A stretch of 64,000 nt of DNA from positions 8,494,001 to 8,558,000 of the forward strand of contig CM120640.1 in assembly GCA_051362555.1 (NCBI GenBank). The letters are read 5' to 3'. Below the pieces are notes generated by a model. That model was not told the DNA's origin. It saw only the letters and a program-made list of their open reading frames with translations, and ran no database searches. Position numbers and translations under genes: made by a program. Positions 36,401 to 50,094 of the stretch are shown here, one piece after another. Position 1 is the first letter of the stretch; every line of letters begins with the position of its first letter. Source of the DNA: Lingula anatina. Lineage: Eukaryota; Animalia; Brachiopoda.

Positions 36401-38561
36401 CAGTGAGACAATGCACCCGATTGTCTGCAAAAATTAATACAAATTTGATATTGTATTCAACATAACGACCATTCAAACAGATATAACATTCTTTTAAGAG
36501 ATACTTTTTCGTAATGACAATTCAAACAGAAATAAACACTCTTTAAAGAGATACTTTTTCAAGATAATCAAATTTTTTCTGTCCATAATCAGCATATTCC
36601 TCACACCATCAGCCAAACATTAACCTGATACTTGTTACAGTTTACCTGGGTTGCACTCCTCAGGCCCTGAGATATGCATAACTTGAATGAACTTTTGAAA
36701 TCTTGAACATCTGAGGTTAGTCTAAAATAAATACAAAATATTTTTGAAAGTGTTTTAAACCAGATGTGAAAATATTCTACCTTCATATATATACATACAT
36801 TGTGACTACACTGTGTTTGCAAACACAAACTTTTTTAAGGATTCAAAGGCCAAAGTCAACATTATACATATGTGCAAATCTTAAATTACATTAAATACTT
36901 TCCTATGCACTTTAAATACAACAACAATCTGGAGATGCTACACACATAGGCTTTGCATGTGTGTGTGCGCGTGCGCACATGTGCGTGCATGCACACACAC
37001 ACACATGCATTTCACATTGTTGACAGCTTTTAGCTGCTCAATCTGGGAGACAAATTCTATAGAAAAAAAAGACAGCTATATTAACTTCAAACCAGTCTCT
37101 CAAGAAGTTTTGAAAAAATCCATCCTATCTTCCTGAAGATTGTGGAAGTCCTGAGTCCTGAATCTTCTTTTAAAATGTGTAGCTTACCTGTTAATAAGCT
37201 CCCCTGTTTTGTGAGCATCAAAAAATACAATGTCCTGTCTAATAAGTGACTGGAAAAGTTCCTTTCTCATCCTGCATGCCACACGTTCTCCAACAGTTGA
37301 CAATAATGCAATGTAACCAGTGGTCATGGCAGCCTTTAAAAAAAACATTTCACATTAAATAAGTTATACAAAAATGAAATCTAAAGAGCATTTACAATAT
37401 CTTCTCTGAGTAAATAGTAAACATGATGTCAAATGTTTTCATACTTTTCAAAAATCTACATCTACAAAAAATGTCCACACCTGAAGCCCATACATTGAAA
37501 TCAGTTTTATTGCTGGTTGTCTAATTTCACTGAAATAATCCACATTGGCATCTTTAGTGAACTCTGCAACAACATTGACCAGTTCTCCAAGCATCATTGG
37601 AATCTGAATATTAACAACAGCCACAGCAAAGGCACTCTGAAAAGAAAAATACAATTAAACTGAAACTACTGCTACATCTGATTAATTAACTGATTTTTAT
37701 GCCTATGCATTAAACAAAGTGCATCTAACAGTTTTTTCTCTTTTTTTATATTTTCAAATATACAATGAATCAGTTGTGTTTAAATTCAGATACCTCCACG
37801 TTTTAATAAATAAATGAATAAATAAATAAATACAACCTTTAAATAACCTACCACAATTGCAGCTATTAAGTACCAAATTTCTGGGAGTAAAACTTTGATA
37901 AATTCTTTCCAGTTAAAATTTGGATCTGGCCCCTGATCTTCATCTTTTGTTTCAATAAGGCGACTGTTCTTTTTCCTTTTTGGTTCACATAGGGCATGCT
38001 GAGATTTACAACAGATTAAAATCAATCCTCCTGCAATCCCAAAACCAAATTTTAACCCATAAGCTGGGAAACCTTTGTTTAATGGTTGTGATGTTTGAGT
38101 CTTCTGCTTAAACCAAAAATGGCTCTGGAATCTGTTTCTGGGCTGAAATTTATCTGTGAAGAGTTCCCTCGTTTTTCTCCCTTGCTGTGTAAGCCTAATG
38201 GAACAAAAATCGAACTTTTGGTAATTGGCTTTTGATCATAAAAATTCAATACATGTATATTATCAATATAATAAATTAAAATTTGATATAATTATACATG
38301 TGAAGGTCTAGCATAAAAATTCAACCCTACTAGTAATTATGTTTTGGAACATGCATTTTGACTACTTTGACTGTAGGGCAGCAAAAAAGACTAAGACATA
38401 AGACCATATTTCAAATTATAGCCAAATCCCTGAGAATGGGACTGAAAGGAAAGCCTGTCTTAATATGAGAGTCAAACCTGTACTCGATCTTTAACTTCGT
38501 TTTACCTTGACAAATAGTTTTTTGTAAGACAAACTCTACTCAAATACATGCTAATGGCCAT
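31350..38561 (-). CDS. ABCB8: Mitochondrial ABC half-transporter ABCB8 (MITOSUR)
   Basis: About 18 exons from ATG 38561 (basic presequence-like N-terminus) to TAA 31352-31350; ABCB8-type [37 protein letters not shown]; Walker A GLSGG|GKST, signature [14 protein letters not shown], Walker B LILDEATS|[15 protein letters not shown]. Confidence 0.93.
33415..33462. repeat. (TA)n microsatellite
   Basis: Pure TA run in an ABCB8 intron. Confidence 0.95.
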
Positions 38562-38862
38562 CCTTCCTTGGTGTTCAGGTGCAATGTCATTACAAGTAGG
38601 TCAAACAAGAAAAGCTCCTAAACGATATGAAAAATTAAAACAGGCTATTTTACATTAAAATAAAACACCAAATTTTACTTTTATCAAATCTAAACTGTTG
38701 TTTGTTGCAGGATGGTACATGTTATATTGTTTAATTTGAAGAGTTTTGAACGTGTAACAGTTACAACTGGACAGGTGTCGGTGAAAAGGAAAGAAAATGG
38801 TTGTAGTTTCGGTTTTATTTACGGTGAATTAATTGGCATGAATACTTACTGAAATTTCAACG
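38562..38862. promoter_or_regulatory. Probable bidirectional promoter, ABCB8 / OGFR-like
   Basis: Divergent genes with start regions ~300 bp apart; locally higher CpG. Confidence 0.55.
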
Positions 38863-41800
38863 ATGAAGGTAAAGGATAGTTTCATACATATGTAAGGTCA
38901 AAAATGAGGAGAGAGGAGCGAAAAAAAAACTTATAATTATAATTATTATAAGCAATACCAAGGTCTTATCTACATGTGTACGGTACCTGTTAAAGTGTTA
39001 TAATTACATTATAATGTATAGTTGTACTAATGATGATATTTCCAGTCCACAGTCTATGGCATGTCCACTATCTAGACTTTCTATATAATTAGCCCACGTG
39101 GGCCGCGCTTCGTCCAGACAGCGCTATTTCAACGTGCAACCGTAGCGTAACAATTCACAAGAACATTCTGTTTCGTTGCACTCGTAGGGTTGCTTTACTG
39201 GTACTGGTAAGAAGCAGTCTAAGAAACATGGAGAAGAAAAGACGGGAAAAAAACAATCAACTGGTCCTAAACAGACTGTGTTAGATCCTCATATAAAAAA
39301 GGTAAAACAGAAGAAAAAATGAGCCAATTACTTCATTAGTAAAGGTTAATATTGCCTACTCGGGTATCGTTGCTCAAGCTATTCCAGCACCTGAATTAAT
39401 AATTTACTTCTAAATATTTCCTGTGAAATTTAGTCTGCCATTTCACTAATTTTTTACTGTCCAGATTGTGAAATATCGGTATGAGTAGGTTTGCACAGGA
39501 TATGTAGACATACTAGTAGAAAGTATGATTTTATGACAGTTTCAAATGCTGAGAATAAATACTTTAAAGATATTCAGAATAAATTGAATCAAGAATGAGC
39601 TCATCAGCTATCACCCTTGAGTATTAAGTCTGTATAATATTAAGTTACATGAACATTTCTTTTTAGACGTCACAAACATCACATGGAAATAAAGAGGTGG
39701 GTCATACCAGTATTTTATTTCACTCATTAATCATGATTTTTAAAAGTGAAATATCTCAGCTACATGAATAATGATCCAGTATTTTCATTTTCATTATTAG
39801 TCTATATGTGCATGTATAACTGACAGTGTTTTATGAAAGTCTTTCAATCTCAGTTGTTAGAAAATTTAATAATATCAATATGATATTGATCATAGATTTA
39901 ATTTCTATATTAAATGTTAAGATTCAATTTCATATTTAATATTAATGCTGTTCATTCTTCATGCACTGAGAATTCATTAATAATTTCTTCTTTGATGATC
40001 AGGATGAAAGAAAAATAAGAATCTCAAAGCCTTTGGCATATGCTTCTGAAGACCTTAAACGATACAGAAATGGATACCCAGTAAGTAACCTTTTTTTTAT
40101 CAAATTTAAAATGTTGTACTGTTCATATGCATTTGTTAAAAGTTTTACAAACAAGTTTTACCATGAAATGGTTAATACAAATGTGGGGATCTGTGGAAAT
40201 TTTTTTGACATTTATTTTTTCTTAGGATATAAAAGATGACTTTAAAAAGATGACTAGCAATTGGGAATTCTACACGAATAAACTGGAGTCAAGACCTGAA
40301 GGTACCTGCTGCTATGAAAATAACATTGTTTAAATTTTAAAGAACAGGATAAGAGCTATATTATATAGATCCGTGCTGCAACATTTTGATTTTTGTTTTC
40401 GTGACTGTTATTGGAAATCTTTTAGTTAAAGTTATTGAAAAAATCAACATAGTACCGGTAGAACATAACATTTTATGATAATTTTCATTATACTAGAGTA
40501 TTTAGAAGTAATATTATCAATTTTATTTGGGGGGGGAGGTGTATGTTTGTGTGTGCATGTGGAAAAGGATTAGTGAGATCTTTTTAAGTGAGTTTTGTGA
40601 TATCTTTTTAACTAAGTTATGATTCCCCACGAACTAGTGGTGATTATGCCACTGAACATTATGTAATATTGCATCAAAATTGACAAAAACTCTATTTATT
40701 GTACACTTCCAATGATAGCATCATGAAAGAATATCTGTGTTACTTATTATAAGAAACTCCTATGTGAAAAAAAAAGTATTTGGACATAGTTGCTACCACC
40801 TGGCCAAAAGACATAGAGGTCCAGCGAGAATTTTTCCATAGAATTAATGTCATCACTCAGCTGGCTGTGAGTAAAGATTACCAATTATTTTGTGCTTTAT
40901 GTCTGTACATTTGTCAGATTTGCTGCCTTGTTTTCATTTGCAAGCTCATTCTAAAGTTGGTCTTGTAGGGAAAATAAAAATATTTTAAAAGAATAAAATA
41001 AAAATAAATTTAATATTTGATCCATGTGAAAATTTGAGTCGGCTCTTAAAATATTTTCCATTTCATTGCTTTTCAGGTGCCAAGATAGACACCATTCATG
41101 AGCTATGGTGGCGTGATTACAGCCTGTTGGAAAGACATCATGGTTACATTCAGTGGTGAGAGATACCTGCTTATGTTTTTTTTTAAATACAGTGTAAGAT
41201 AAGTAACATGTATCTCATTGGTAAACAAAACCTATACCTATGAAGAAAAAAATAACTACAGTATATCTTTCCTGTGGACATGCCTGTTCTCATTACTAAA
41301 TTCTCACTTCTGAAGCTGAGGTCACGTGCCAGTGAGTTATACCAGTTTGTCAAGTTCATACATCTGTGGTTGATAGTGTTAATATGTTATTACAGAACCC
41401 TTTGAGAGGAATTGTGAGAATAATGGTTTATCACCTTAATGTAAGTTGACTTGAGCACCTTATGATTCTGTTCATGTTAGGTTGTTCCCTCTGAGAGAAC
41501 CAGGTATGAACTTTCATGCCAAAGAGCTTCAGTTACATGAAATGAAGGTAGGTCTTAAAATTAGATCAGATGTTTTATGCTTCACTGTAAGATAGCCATG
41601 CATTTACTTACTAGTTCTGGTTGAATTTTTTTTAATTGAAATGTTTTCCTATATGACACACTTTTTATTCACTTCATACTTTTTTAAAGTAAAATCTCTT
41701 TTCAATTCTCATTCAGGCAATTAAAAAGGACAAACCTGCCAAGAACAGAGTATTGAAGTCATTTGAAATGATGCTTGATTTTTATGGAATGAAGTTGATT

Positions 41801-42754
41801 AAACCAGGGAATCATGCAGTTGCAGTCTGTGGGAATGATAAACAGTTATCTCAGAATAGTGTGGAAGCTGAATTGACAACTGTAGATGATAAAGCACATG
41901 ATGATAGAACAGACCCACATTTGCCTCCTGTTGAAACCACAAAAGGCCAAAAACAGGCAAGCCAGGATGTGTCAAACAGAGGAGTTTTCAGAATAGAAAG
42001 GGCAGAAAATTACAGAGAGCGATATGCCCATTTGAACAGGTAAATTGTTTTAGTACAGATTAGAAAAACATTTTAAGAAAATAATTTTAAAAATCATTGA
42101 TTTCCACTGAAATCTGCAAAAACTAATGCAAAATAACTGTACAGTGTCATATGATTGTGTACAAACACCAGCCAAATTCATTTAGGTACGCAGATGTCAA
42201 TATGTGGATTGCTTGTAAGGTTCTGTTGTGGTTAAAACAATTTAGAAAGATGCATGTTTTCTTGATTTGTCTGGATATTGTATTTATGCTCCCTGGACCC
42301 CTCCCCTAACCCCACCCCATATACAGCTGTACACAGTGCTTGCGTTTTCCGATTTTTATAAAGGCCCCCTTTCATCTCTGAGCTTTGCTCTCTAGATATC
42401 TATTATTCTGGTTATATTTAGTGACCATTTAATGATGGGGGTGGTCATTTTTGTTTAAATTGAAATTTCAGCCAAGTACTGATAACTATTCAATATTCAC
42501 CATTTTTATTTAGGTCTCGCCACAATTATCTGCGGATTACACGCATTCTGAAATCATTGGGAGAGTTAGGATGGGAGCACCTGAAACCAATCTTTGTCAG
42601 ATTTGTCCTTGAAGAAATTTTCTTAAAGAAAGAACTAGAGAACACTCTTGAAAGCTGCGTACATTATTGGTTGGAAACAATACGGGACAAGGATGCCAGG
42701 AGAGAGTTGAAAATTTTCGTGGAAGAACATTGTGATTATGTGGAAAGATTGTAG
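38863..42754 (+). CDS. Opioid growth factor receptor (OGFR/OGFRL1) domain protein
   Basis: Exons 38863-38868 (start uncertain), 39188-39301, 39667-39696, 40003-40080 (DLKRYRNGYP), 40226-40301 (NWEFY), 41077-41155 (DYSLLERHHGYIQW), 41481-41547 (LFPLREPGMN), 41717-42039 (MLDFYG..RYAHLN), 42514-42754 (HNYLRITRILKSLGELG). Confidence 0.9.
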
Positions 42755-44194
42755 GAAACTACACCATAACACCAAAGAATTTGTTTGCAAAATTAAAAAA
42801 TGGTATGGAGATATATACCTTTTTACTTTTAACTTCAGCATAACCTAAGGTGATTTCAGGTCAATTATTTGGACCCAGTGTGACAGGAGTGGTAGTCCTA
42901 GAAATGGAAGTTTGGGGTCCCATATAATTAGTAAAGGTAAGTCAGAGTGTTGGGGTTAGTACTGGTATATGGGGCAGATGTCACCTTTACAAACTAATGG
43001 AGAACGGACTATGAATCCTAGCAGACAACCTTTCCTTCCACGTTGCCAAATGTTTTGATTTAAAGTTTTTCAGATTCATTGAAGATCTATGGGACAGCCG
43101 AACATGACAGTTAATTAGGAAATGGTATTACGTGGTATATTCATACTGCCTTATTCTGTTTTTGTGATAGTATTGAATTGTTTTCATGGAACACTTAACA
43201 AAAAGGGTAATAATGAAGTTATGGCAATAGATGTAACCGATCAGTTTTTCTATGAAGTAAATTTCCCGAGCTTTAGGAATGACAGTCATGCCATTAGTCA
43301 AGATTTTAGGTGATTTGAATGGTAAAATCAATAGGTATTAACCCTACCTTGAGGTTAGAAATGTACAGTCGCCTTTTGGAGATATCTTTATGTATCACTC
43401 CCTATTCGTAAGACCTACAGCATGCAGGGTCTGTAAATTTCCGTTCAACTTTTCGAGGATTAATAGACTCTTTTTACAAGTCATACTGCGCTGCCGAATC
43501 TGAATTGCTATTTGCAGTCGAATATGACAAAATCAACCTAATATCCACTGTGATGAAATTGTATTCTTTGCTCCAAATGAAACGTTTCATAGCCAGTCAA
43601 ATCATAGTGTACCTAAATTCAGAACCAGACATTTTAAAATAAGCTTTATTCCCCCTTTTTCTTTTCAAACTTTTTAAGATCTGTGTTTTAATTTGGAGTT
43701 TATCTTGGTCATTATTGTATATCTTTTATTTTACCCCCATTGCATTTATCAAGAAGTCTGTGCTTTATTTATTTTCAAACTCATTTTGGTCTTATTGTAT
43801 ATCCCTTTATGTAAATATTTTAATTTGTAAATTTTATGTATTAACAAACATTATTATTATATTATAATTCGGAAATTAACAATGGTTTTACATGTATCAG
43901 TAGTCAGTTACAAAATTATTGTAACGCTCATACTTTTATGTTGTATACTATTTCAAAAGCCCCACAAAAAACGATTTTATTTGATTGAATCTCTTCGGTA
44001 TATATATATATACCGATTTTAAGGAAACAGCCTTGGTTGAATATTATGGCTTTATGTTATTACTTTCGCAAATCTTGTGCACGTTAAACTTTTTAGTTGT
44101 TCAATGTATTAAATGTCATATATTTGATAAGATTTGATACAAGTATTATTTTCACTCGTAAAAGGTCATCGCAACAAATTCTGGGACACTTTAA

Positions 44195-44345
44195 GGGATA
44201 ACAATTGTTCGTTTTGGTAATAAGAAACGGATTTTCGGATTTTCCTGGATTACGATTTCCCCATATTTACCAATGGTTAATGAATCCACTCCGACAGCCA
44301 AAGTTAGTCCTTTTTATTAAAAAAATGATTTTTTGTAGTCATCCC
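44195..44345. mobile_element. Short TTAA-flanked MITE (Kolobok-like)
   Basis: TTAA|GGGATAAC ... GTCATCCC|TTAA. Confidence 0.55.
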
Positions 44346-46000
44346 TTAAGAGTTAATTACGGAGGTATAGCCATTTATAAAAGTCCACTTAGTCTGATGG
44401 CAAGCACAGATTCCAGAATACTTGCGATAACCACTGTTTTTGGTGGTAAAATGGAATGTATTTTATTTCTATGAGTTGTTTACAATCTATTTATTGTGAA
44501 ATATGAATCTCATACGAACAGTTGCTTTCCTTTTAATTATTACTTGCAACATATAACGTGTCTGAAATAAACTTTTGAGGCCGTTTTCAAGTATTCCTGT
44601 GTCTCCACACAACTCAGCCATTTGTTTTACATGTACGTTTATGTAAAGCGTTTAGATTGTTTCTGTAATGAATCTTTATCATATAATAGGAGTTGTATGT
44701 AACACTTTGCTCATATCTTTATTTGACTTGTATTTGTAGTGCTGGATATGTAAAACTGTATTACTGTCAGTGGATGAAATGTCTTTAAGAATAAACGGTT
44801 CACCTGTTTCAAACGTTAACTTCATGCTGGTTAATAAACCAACGCATATTTGGAAAGAAAAAAACAAACACCAGAGGGTTCACAGAAAAAAAAACAAAAA
44901 CTGGCGTCCTTTGAGAAGAGTGAGAACTTATTTTGAATCATCTATTCATGCCATTTTGGCTGAGAAAAAATCGGTTAAAGTTTTTTACACTATCGATTTT
45001 GATGCCTATTCATAATGCCTATTCATAATGTTACTAAAGGTCTCAGTCACAATTTTAAGATTGTACGTCCCCTACGAATTTTGGGTGCTATGGAGGCCGT
45101 GGAGCTCGTAGAGGTAGAGGAAAGGTTTCAATGGAAAGGTGCAAGTCTGCCTTGCAAGTCGCAGGGGCCACGTCAGGTGTCTTTCAAACTGGTTGCTAAT
45201 TGCCAGGTGCGATGGAGGTGGAAATTGTACTCATTTCTTGAGTTTGTTTTGCTACCTGCGTACGTGGCACGCAATCACCACTTACGAGGAGAATGCGACG
45301 CACGGCGAATGTAGTTTTCTCTTTAGCGTCACTCTTGCTTCACACATGCCTCACACGTTTGTGATGACGGCGTACGTCAGTTTTGCCTCGTGTTCTCTCC
45401 TTTCTTCGTCCTCCTGCTTTCTTTTCTGCTCTCTTGGGGCATATTAGAAGTTGAATAGAGCAAAATTTCAAATTTTTGGAAATTGTGGTGCACGTTGTAC
45501 AATCGACGTTCAATGGCGAGACATGAGTGTGCGTCGTGAGCACGCCTTTTATACACCAGGAGTGGGGGTGGCGCACGTGCGACGAATTCCTCGTGTGATT
45601 TCGACTTTGATCGTAGCTGTGAGGGCGTGCGCCGTACTCAACAAGCAAAAGACACTTGCTGGTTCATTGTTTGCGACGTGCGTCTCGGACCACGCACGTC
45701 TCACTGGCGAACTTCTTGTGAACTTCTTGCGAAGGGAGTAAGTTACGCTGCCTAGCTGATCGCAGTTTATTTGTAGAATCAACATGATTTTGCCCGCTGG
45801 GTGATCTTTTCTCATAGTAAAGACGAGAAGCCTAACACACTCTAAGGGCGAATTCCCATAGATTTTAGATCGATCTATCCCCGTGGGGAGTCTCACTAGA
45901 TTACTGTCAGATAATCCGGCTTAAATGTCCGTCCCGCCTACTACAAGCTGTAAGGGGGTAATTAACTTTCGTGCCCGCTCGGCTGACATAGGAATGGGAA

Positions 46001-48542
46001 AACGTCGCGAACTTGCAGATCGAGGCGTTCCGGGGGAAGGTTGAATGGGCAGTAGGGAAATCTAAGTAAGCTGGAAACCATTACTTATGTAACCTACAGT
46101 AGCGACTAGAGGTATTTTAATACATTTGCATGATTGCTAGTGCAATACAGATGCAAGCGACACTCTAAAGAGCGTATTCTATTGAAATAAGGGTATAACA
46201 GTTGACAATGCCACGTTACTGCAGTATTAATATTGTTATATATGACTTGTTGAACGTTCAATCCAGGGGTTCTTGCTTATTTTTAGCTGTGACAGAGCTA
46301 CATGTACGCATTATAATGGGTCGTATATTAACACGATCGCGCGAGCAATCCTACTTAAAGTTAAAATATAATCAGTATATTACTTTGCAGACCATGCTAT
46401 ATATATTGTCCATAGGACCCGTTCATCTCGTATTCAGCCCGAATATTTGAGAATTCAGGGTTAAAATATATATTAAACACAAGCATTTGTCCCCGCTTTT
46501 CAGTCTTTTTACCTGGGCTCCGTCATGGTTTCCAGTTTCAACAGTGAATTGTGTTCAGACATTGTTCAGATTGCATCGAAAGGCTTCTCAATCAATAAAA
46601 CATTTAATTTTCAGTGTCAAACTAAAGAAGTCTGTAGGAAATACAAAACATGCAAGTCATTATCACGTTTGTTTTGGTGGAGCTCAGCGAATAATTAGTC
46701 CATGTTGTCTGTCATGATATGATGACAACATTACTGTCCTTCTATATGGAATTTAATCAGTTAAACGACAATCATTATCTTCATTATGACCGATTATGAC
46801 AAGCATGGTTCTCCACTAAGTAGTTTTAAATTATACAAAGTTATTTATATTGACTTTCAGTGTCAGTAAAGTGAGTAGAGCGTGGGGCAATGGGTTGAGA
46901 AGATCTCCTCAATGGTGGCCCAGATATTTCGTTGCCGAGTTAAGTGACGAGTTTGGCTGTCATTTTGCTGGCGCAATCGTATTAGGTTTCTATGCAGACA
47001 GGAGGTAAGCCTTAAGGATGGTATCTCTCTTACAGACAAAACCAAAAAGAACTCCTCTACTTCTGTCCAAAACAAATAATTTTAATTGAAAATATTTGCT
47101 TATTCCTTTAAGTCGAACTCCATTCCGTTTATTGCCCCATGCTGACGAAACAACAACAATAGTAAGGGCATTCATAGGCTCGATCTATGATATGCGTCAT
47201 ATTTTAAATAACGATATAATATGATGCATATTTGCACACTTCAGGACCACTAAATTGTCTCTACGTACATGTCAAACTAGTCTTCAATATCAGAAGCAGA
47301 TATCAGATCAAATTCTGAGCTGTGACAGGAGGGGTTTCTTCTCAGATTGAAAAACGAGTCATGGATGTTAAAGTTATATCTTTCCAAACCACTTTAGGCC
47401 TAAGTGACAGAATACAGAAAAAGGGGTATCCAAACTGGAATCTGTACACGTCAAATTCTAAGAGGTTTTTATTTTCAGCTTGCCAGAACCACATTTCGAC
47501 ACGAATGGACTTAGTTGCAAAGTCCTATGTGGGTATGTACTGGAACTCTTATTTGTGTCTCATCTGAAATGTCAACTTTCCGCTCTCTGTTCAACCAACA
47601 GTAAAATAACTACAGTCTACAGGCTTGGTTTCTCAAATGATTTATGGAAAAGCAAAGAAATAACGAACCTTGATTAGTAAAAGGTGTGGATTCCTTTGCA
47701 GAATGGCGTGTATGGACATGGCTCTTGCTGAAAAAAAATCAGATCCAAGCAAGGGTTACGTGGAGACTATATGTGTAGAATCCAAGTATCGTGGAAAGGG
47801 GATTGGCAAAGTGCTTCTGGACAGAGCGGAATACGAAGCGAAAGCAATGGGATGCAGGGTATTTATATGGAATCTTTCTCCTCTCCTTCCTCCCTACCTC
47901 TCTCTCTCTCTCTCTCTCTCTCGTGCTTTTAACTTGAATGTATTGCATCTTCTGTATATTCAGATATATTTGACATGCAATGTTTTTGTTTTGTTTACAG
48001 TCCATCTATCTAAAGGTAAAACGAACAAATCGAGCAAAGAACCTGTATGAGCGTCAGGGCTATAGAGTGACAAAGGACCATGATGGTTGCTGTTGCACAT
48101 ATTGTGCAGTTGGAATCAGGGTAAGGGCTGTTATAAACATGTACGCCATGGTTTATCACATGCTTACATATATATGTAGACATCTTTATATTTGAGGGGA
48201 GGGTAAAGGCAAAACATGTGCTTTTTGGGGCCCCTGTTAACTGGGTCTTGTTCCACAAGGTTATATCTTTAGAACTTACTTGTCTTAAATGAAATATTTG
48301 GCATACAGAACTGGATGGGGTCCCCTGACACCTCCCTGCTACTTTCGCATATGAGTAATGACTGACTTGTTTGAGACTTTTATACCAATAATTTGCCAAT
48401 AATTAAATCAATTTAGTTTTGAAAATGATGCACACTGATCCAACTACTGAAATGTAATATATGCTGTAACGTAATTATTTATAGCTGACAAGTACTCCAT
48501 TTCTTTTAGCATTTTTACGAAATGGAAAAACAGCTTATTTAG
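46001..48542 (+). pseudogene. GNAT acetyltransferase copy 1, 5'-truncated (exons 2-6 still open)
   Basis: Only the last ~65 nt of exon 1 remain, preceded by an in-frame TAG; exons 46861-47004, 47479-47532, 47702-47858, 48001-48120, 48510-48542 keep frame and splice sites. Confidence 0.65.
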
Positions 48543-50094
48543 AATGAAATAGGAAGACAGGATGTGCTGATGTTGTCGTACATATGCCTTTCGATGAAAA
48601 AAGGAAAAGACGGAAGGAAAAAGTATGTATGCATCCACAGATTTGAAATTCTTAAGGATCAACTAACCATGCTGTAGATGTATACAGGTGACTTAATGTC
48701 TTACCATAGCAGTATTGGAGATAACCGATTTGACATCCTTCTGTACAGAATGACATATGTCAATAAAATAAGGGCGGTGCCCCAATTCCTCCATAGGAGT
48801 TTACCAGATTAACTACCAGCCAGCACAATTTTCTGTGATACACTGTTTATGTGCTGTTAACAGAAATGGACTTATTGTAGCCTCTGAATCTCAGGTGTAT
48901 GTGATTTCAAAAAGAACTATATTTATATCTCTCTTACTTATATCTCCAGAATTTTAAGAAATATTGTTTGGATATAAAGAATTTTATTAGTAACGCAAGT
49001 ATTTTTTAATGTTAAGCTTTTTTAGTGTTTAAGTATTTTTAAAAGATATCTTCAAGATTAAATGAAAAAAGAAAAATTAACGTACTTGCTTTAGAGTCCT
49101 TATATATAAGCACCAAATCGCTTGCAAGTCTCATAATATTGTGTTTGGTGTAGTTTAAGTGCCTGTTTCAAATAGTTCTTTGTTTGGTTGATTGCTTGTG
49201 ATTATGTAATATGAGTTTACAGTTTTATGCAATATGTTGCTCGTAGTATTTTCGTATAGTGGTCTTTGTCAGCTTTTTGTAATGACGGATTTGTAGAAGA
49301 TGCAACTTAATTATTTTTCAAAGTGACATTTAAGCTATTCACATTGTATGTCCAAATGCGCATACCTATAACAGAATTCTTACAGATATCATACATTTGA
49401 ATAAAAATAGTTTTTATTTATGTTGACCACGGATCTGCTATTATTAGCAATACTGACTCTAGCCACTAGCAACAGATTGGGGGTGTGTTTGACAAAAATT
49501 TGCCTGGGGCGCTTCCATATTTGGAACGTCACAGATCTGTCCCGCCTGTAGCTGCCTTTCCCGCCTTGAGCTGACGTCCCCTCGTGCAGATGAGACAAAA
49601 AAGCAAAGAGGCTGACGCAGAGTTTGAAGTTTGAACTAAGAATACCTTAATGCATTCGAAAATCATTGCAACAACACAAGCATCTTTCTCTTTTAAATCT
49701 GATTTTTGATGCAGCCATTGCGCAGTCCGTACATGACATACAGTGTAGCTGTCAAACTTTGCATACGGCAAGCACGTGTATTGTGTTTATATCTTCAGGA
49801 GCAAATGTTTTTTTTATAAGCAAAAAAATACCATAACATCTGGCATCTCATTTTCCTCTCAAAAAGATATTATAAATTTTACAATTCACATCTTAAATAC
49901 AGAGAGTAAAATTTAAAAAAGCAAAATTAAATATGCTTTACGTTTGATTTTAGACTTATAACATTCAACTGTAGATTTACTGTGGAGCAGTTCCTTTGAT
50001 GGACGGATACTCGAAATTGCTGCTGGTCGTCAGGGCCACTGTGAAGCTCCGACTGCAAAGGTATGAATAGTGAGCAAGCTAGCTTTATAGTGCC

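Noticed and set aside
45015-45896. Several ~100-aa ORFs in the GC-rich insert
   Set aside because: Overlapping on both strands with no motif; expected in GC-richer DNA.
45850-45990. Clustered small hairpins suggesting a hammerhead ribozyme or SINE
   Set aside because: No intact CUGANGA...GAAA core in the right order and no clear Pol III A/B boxes.
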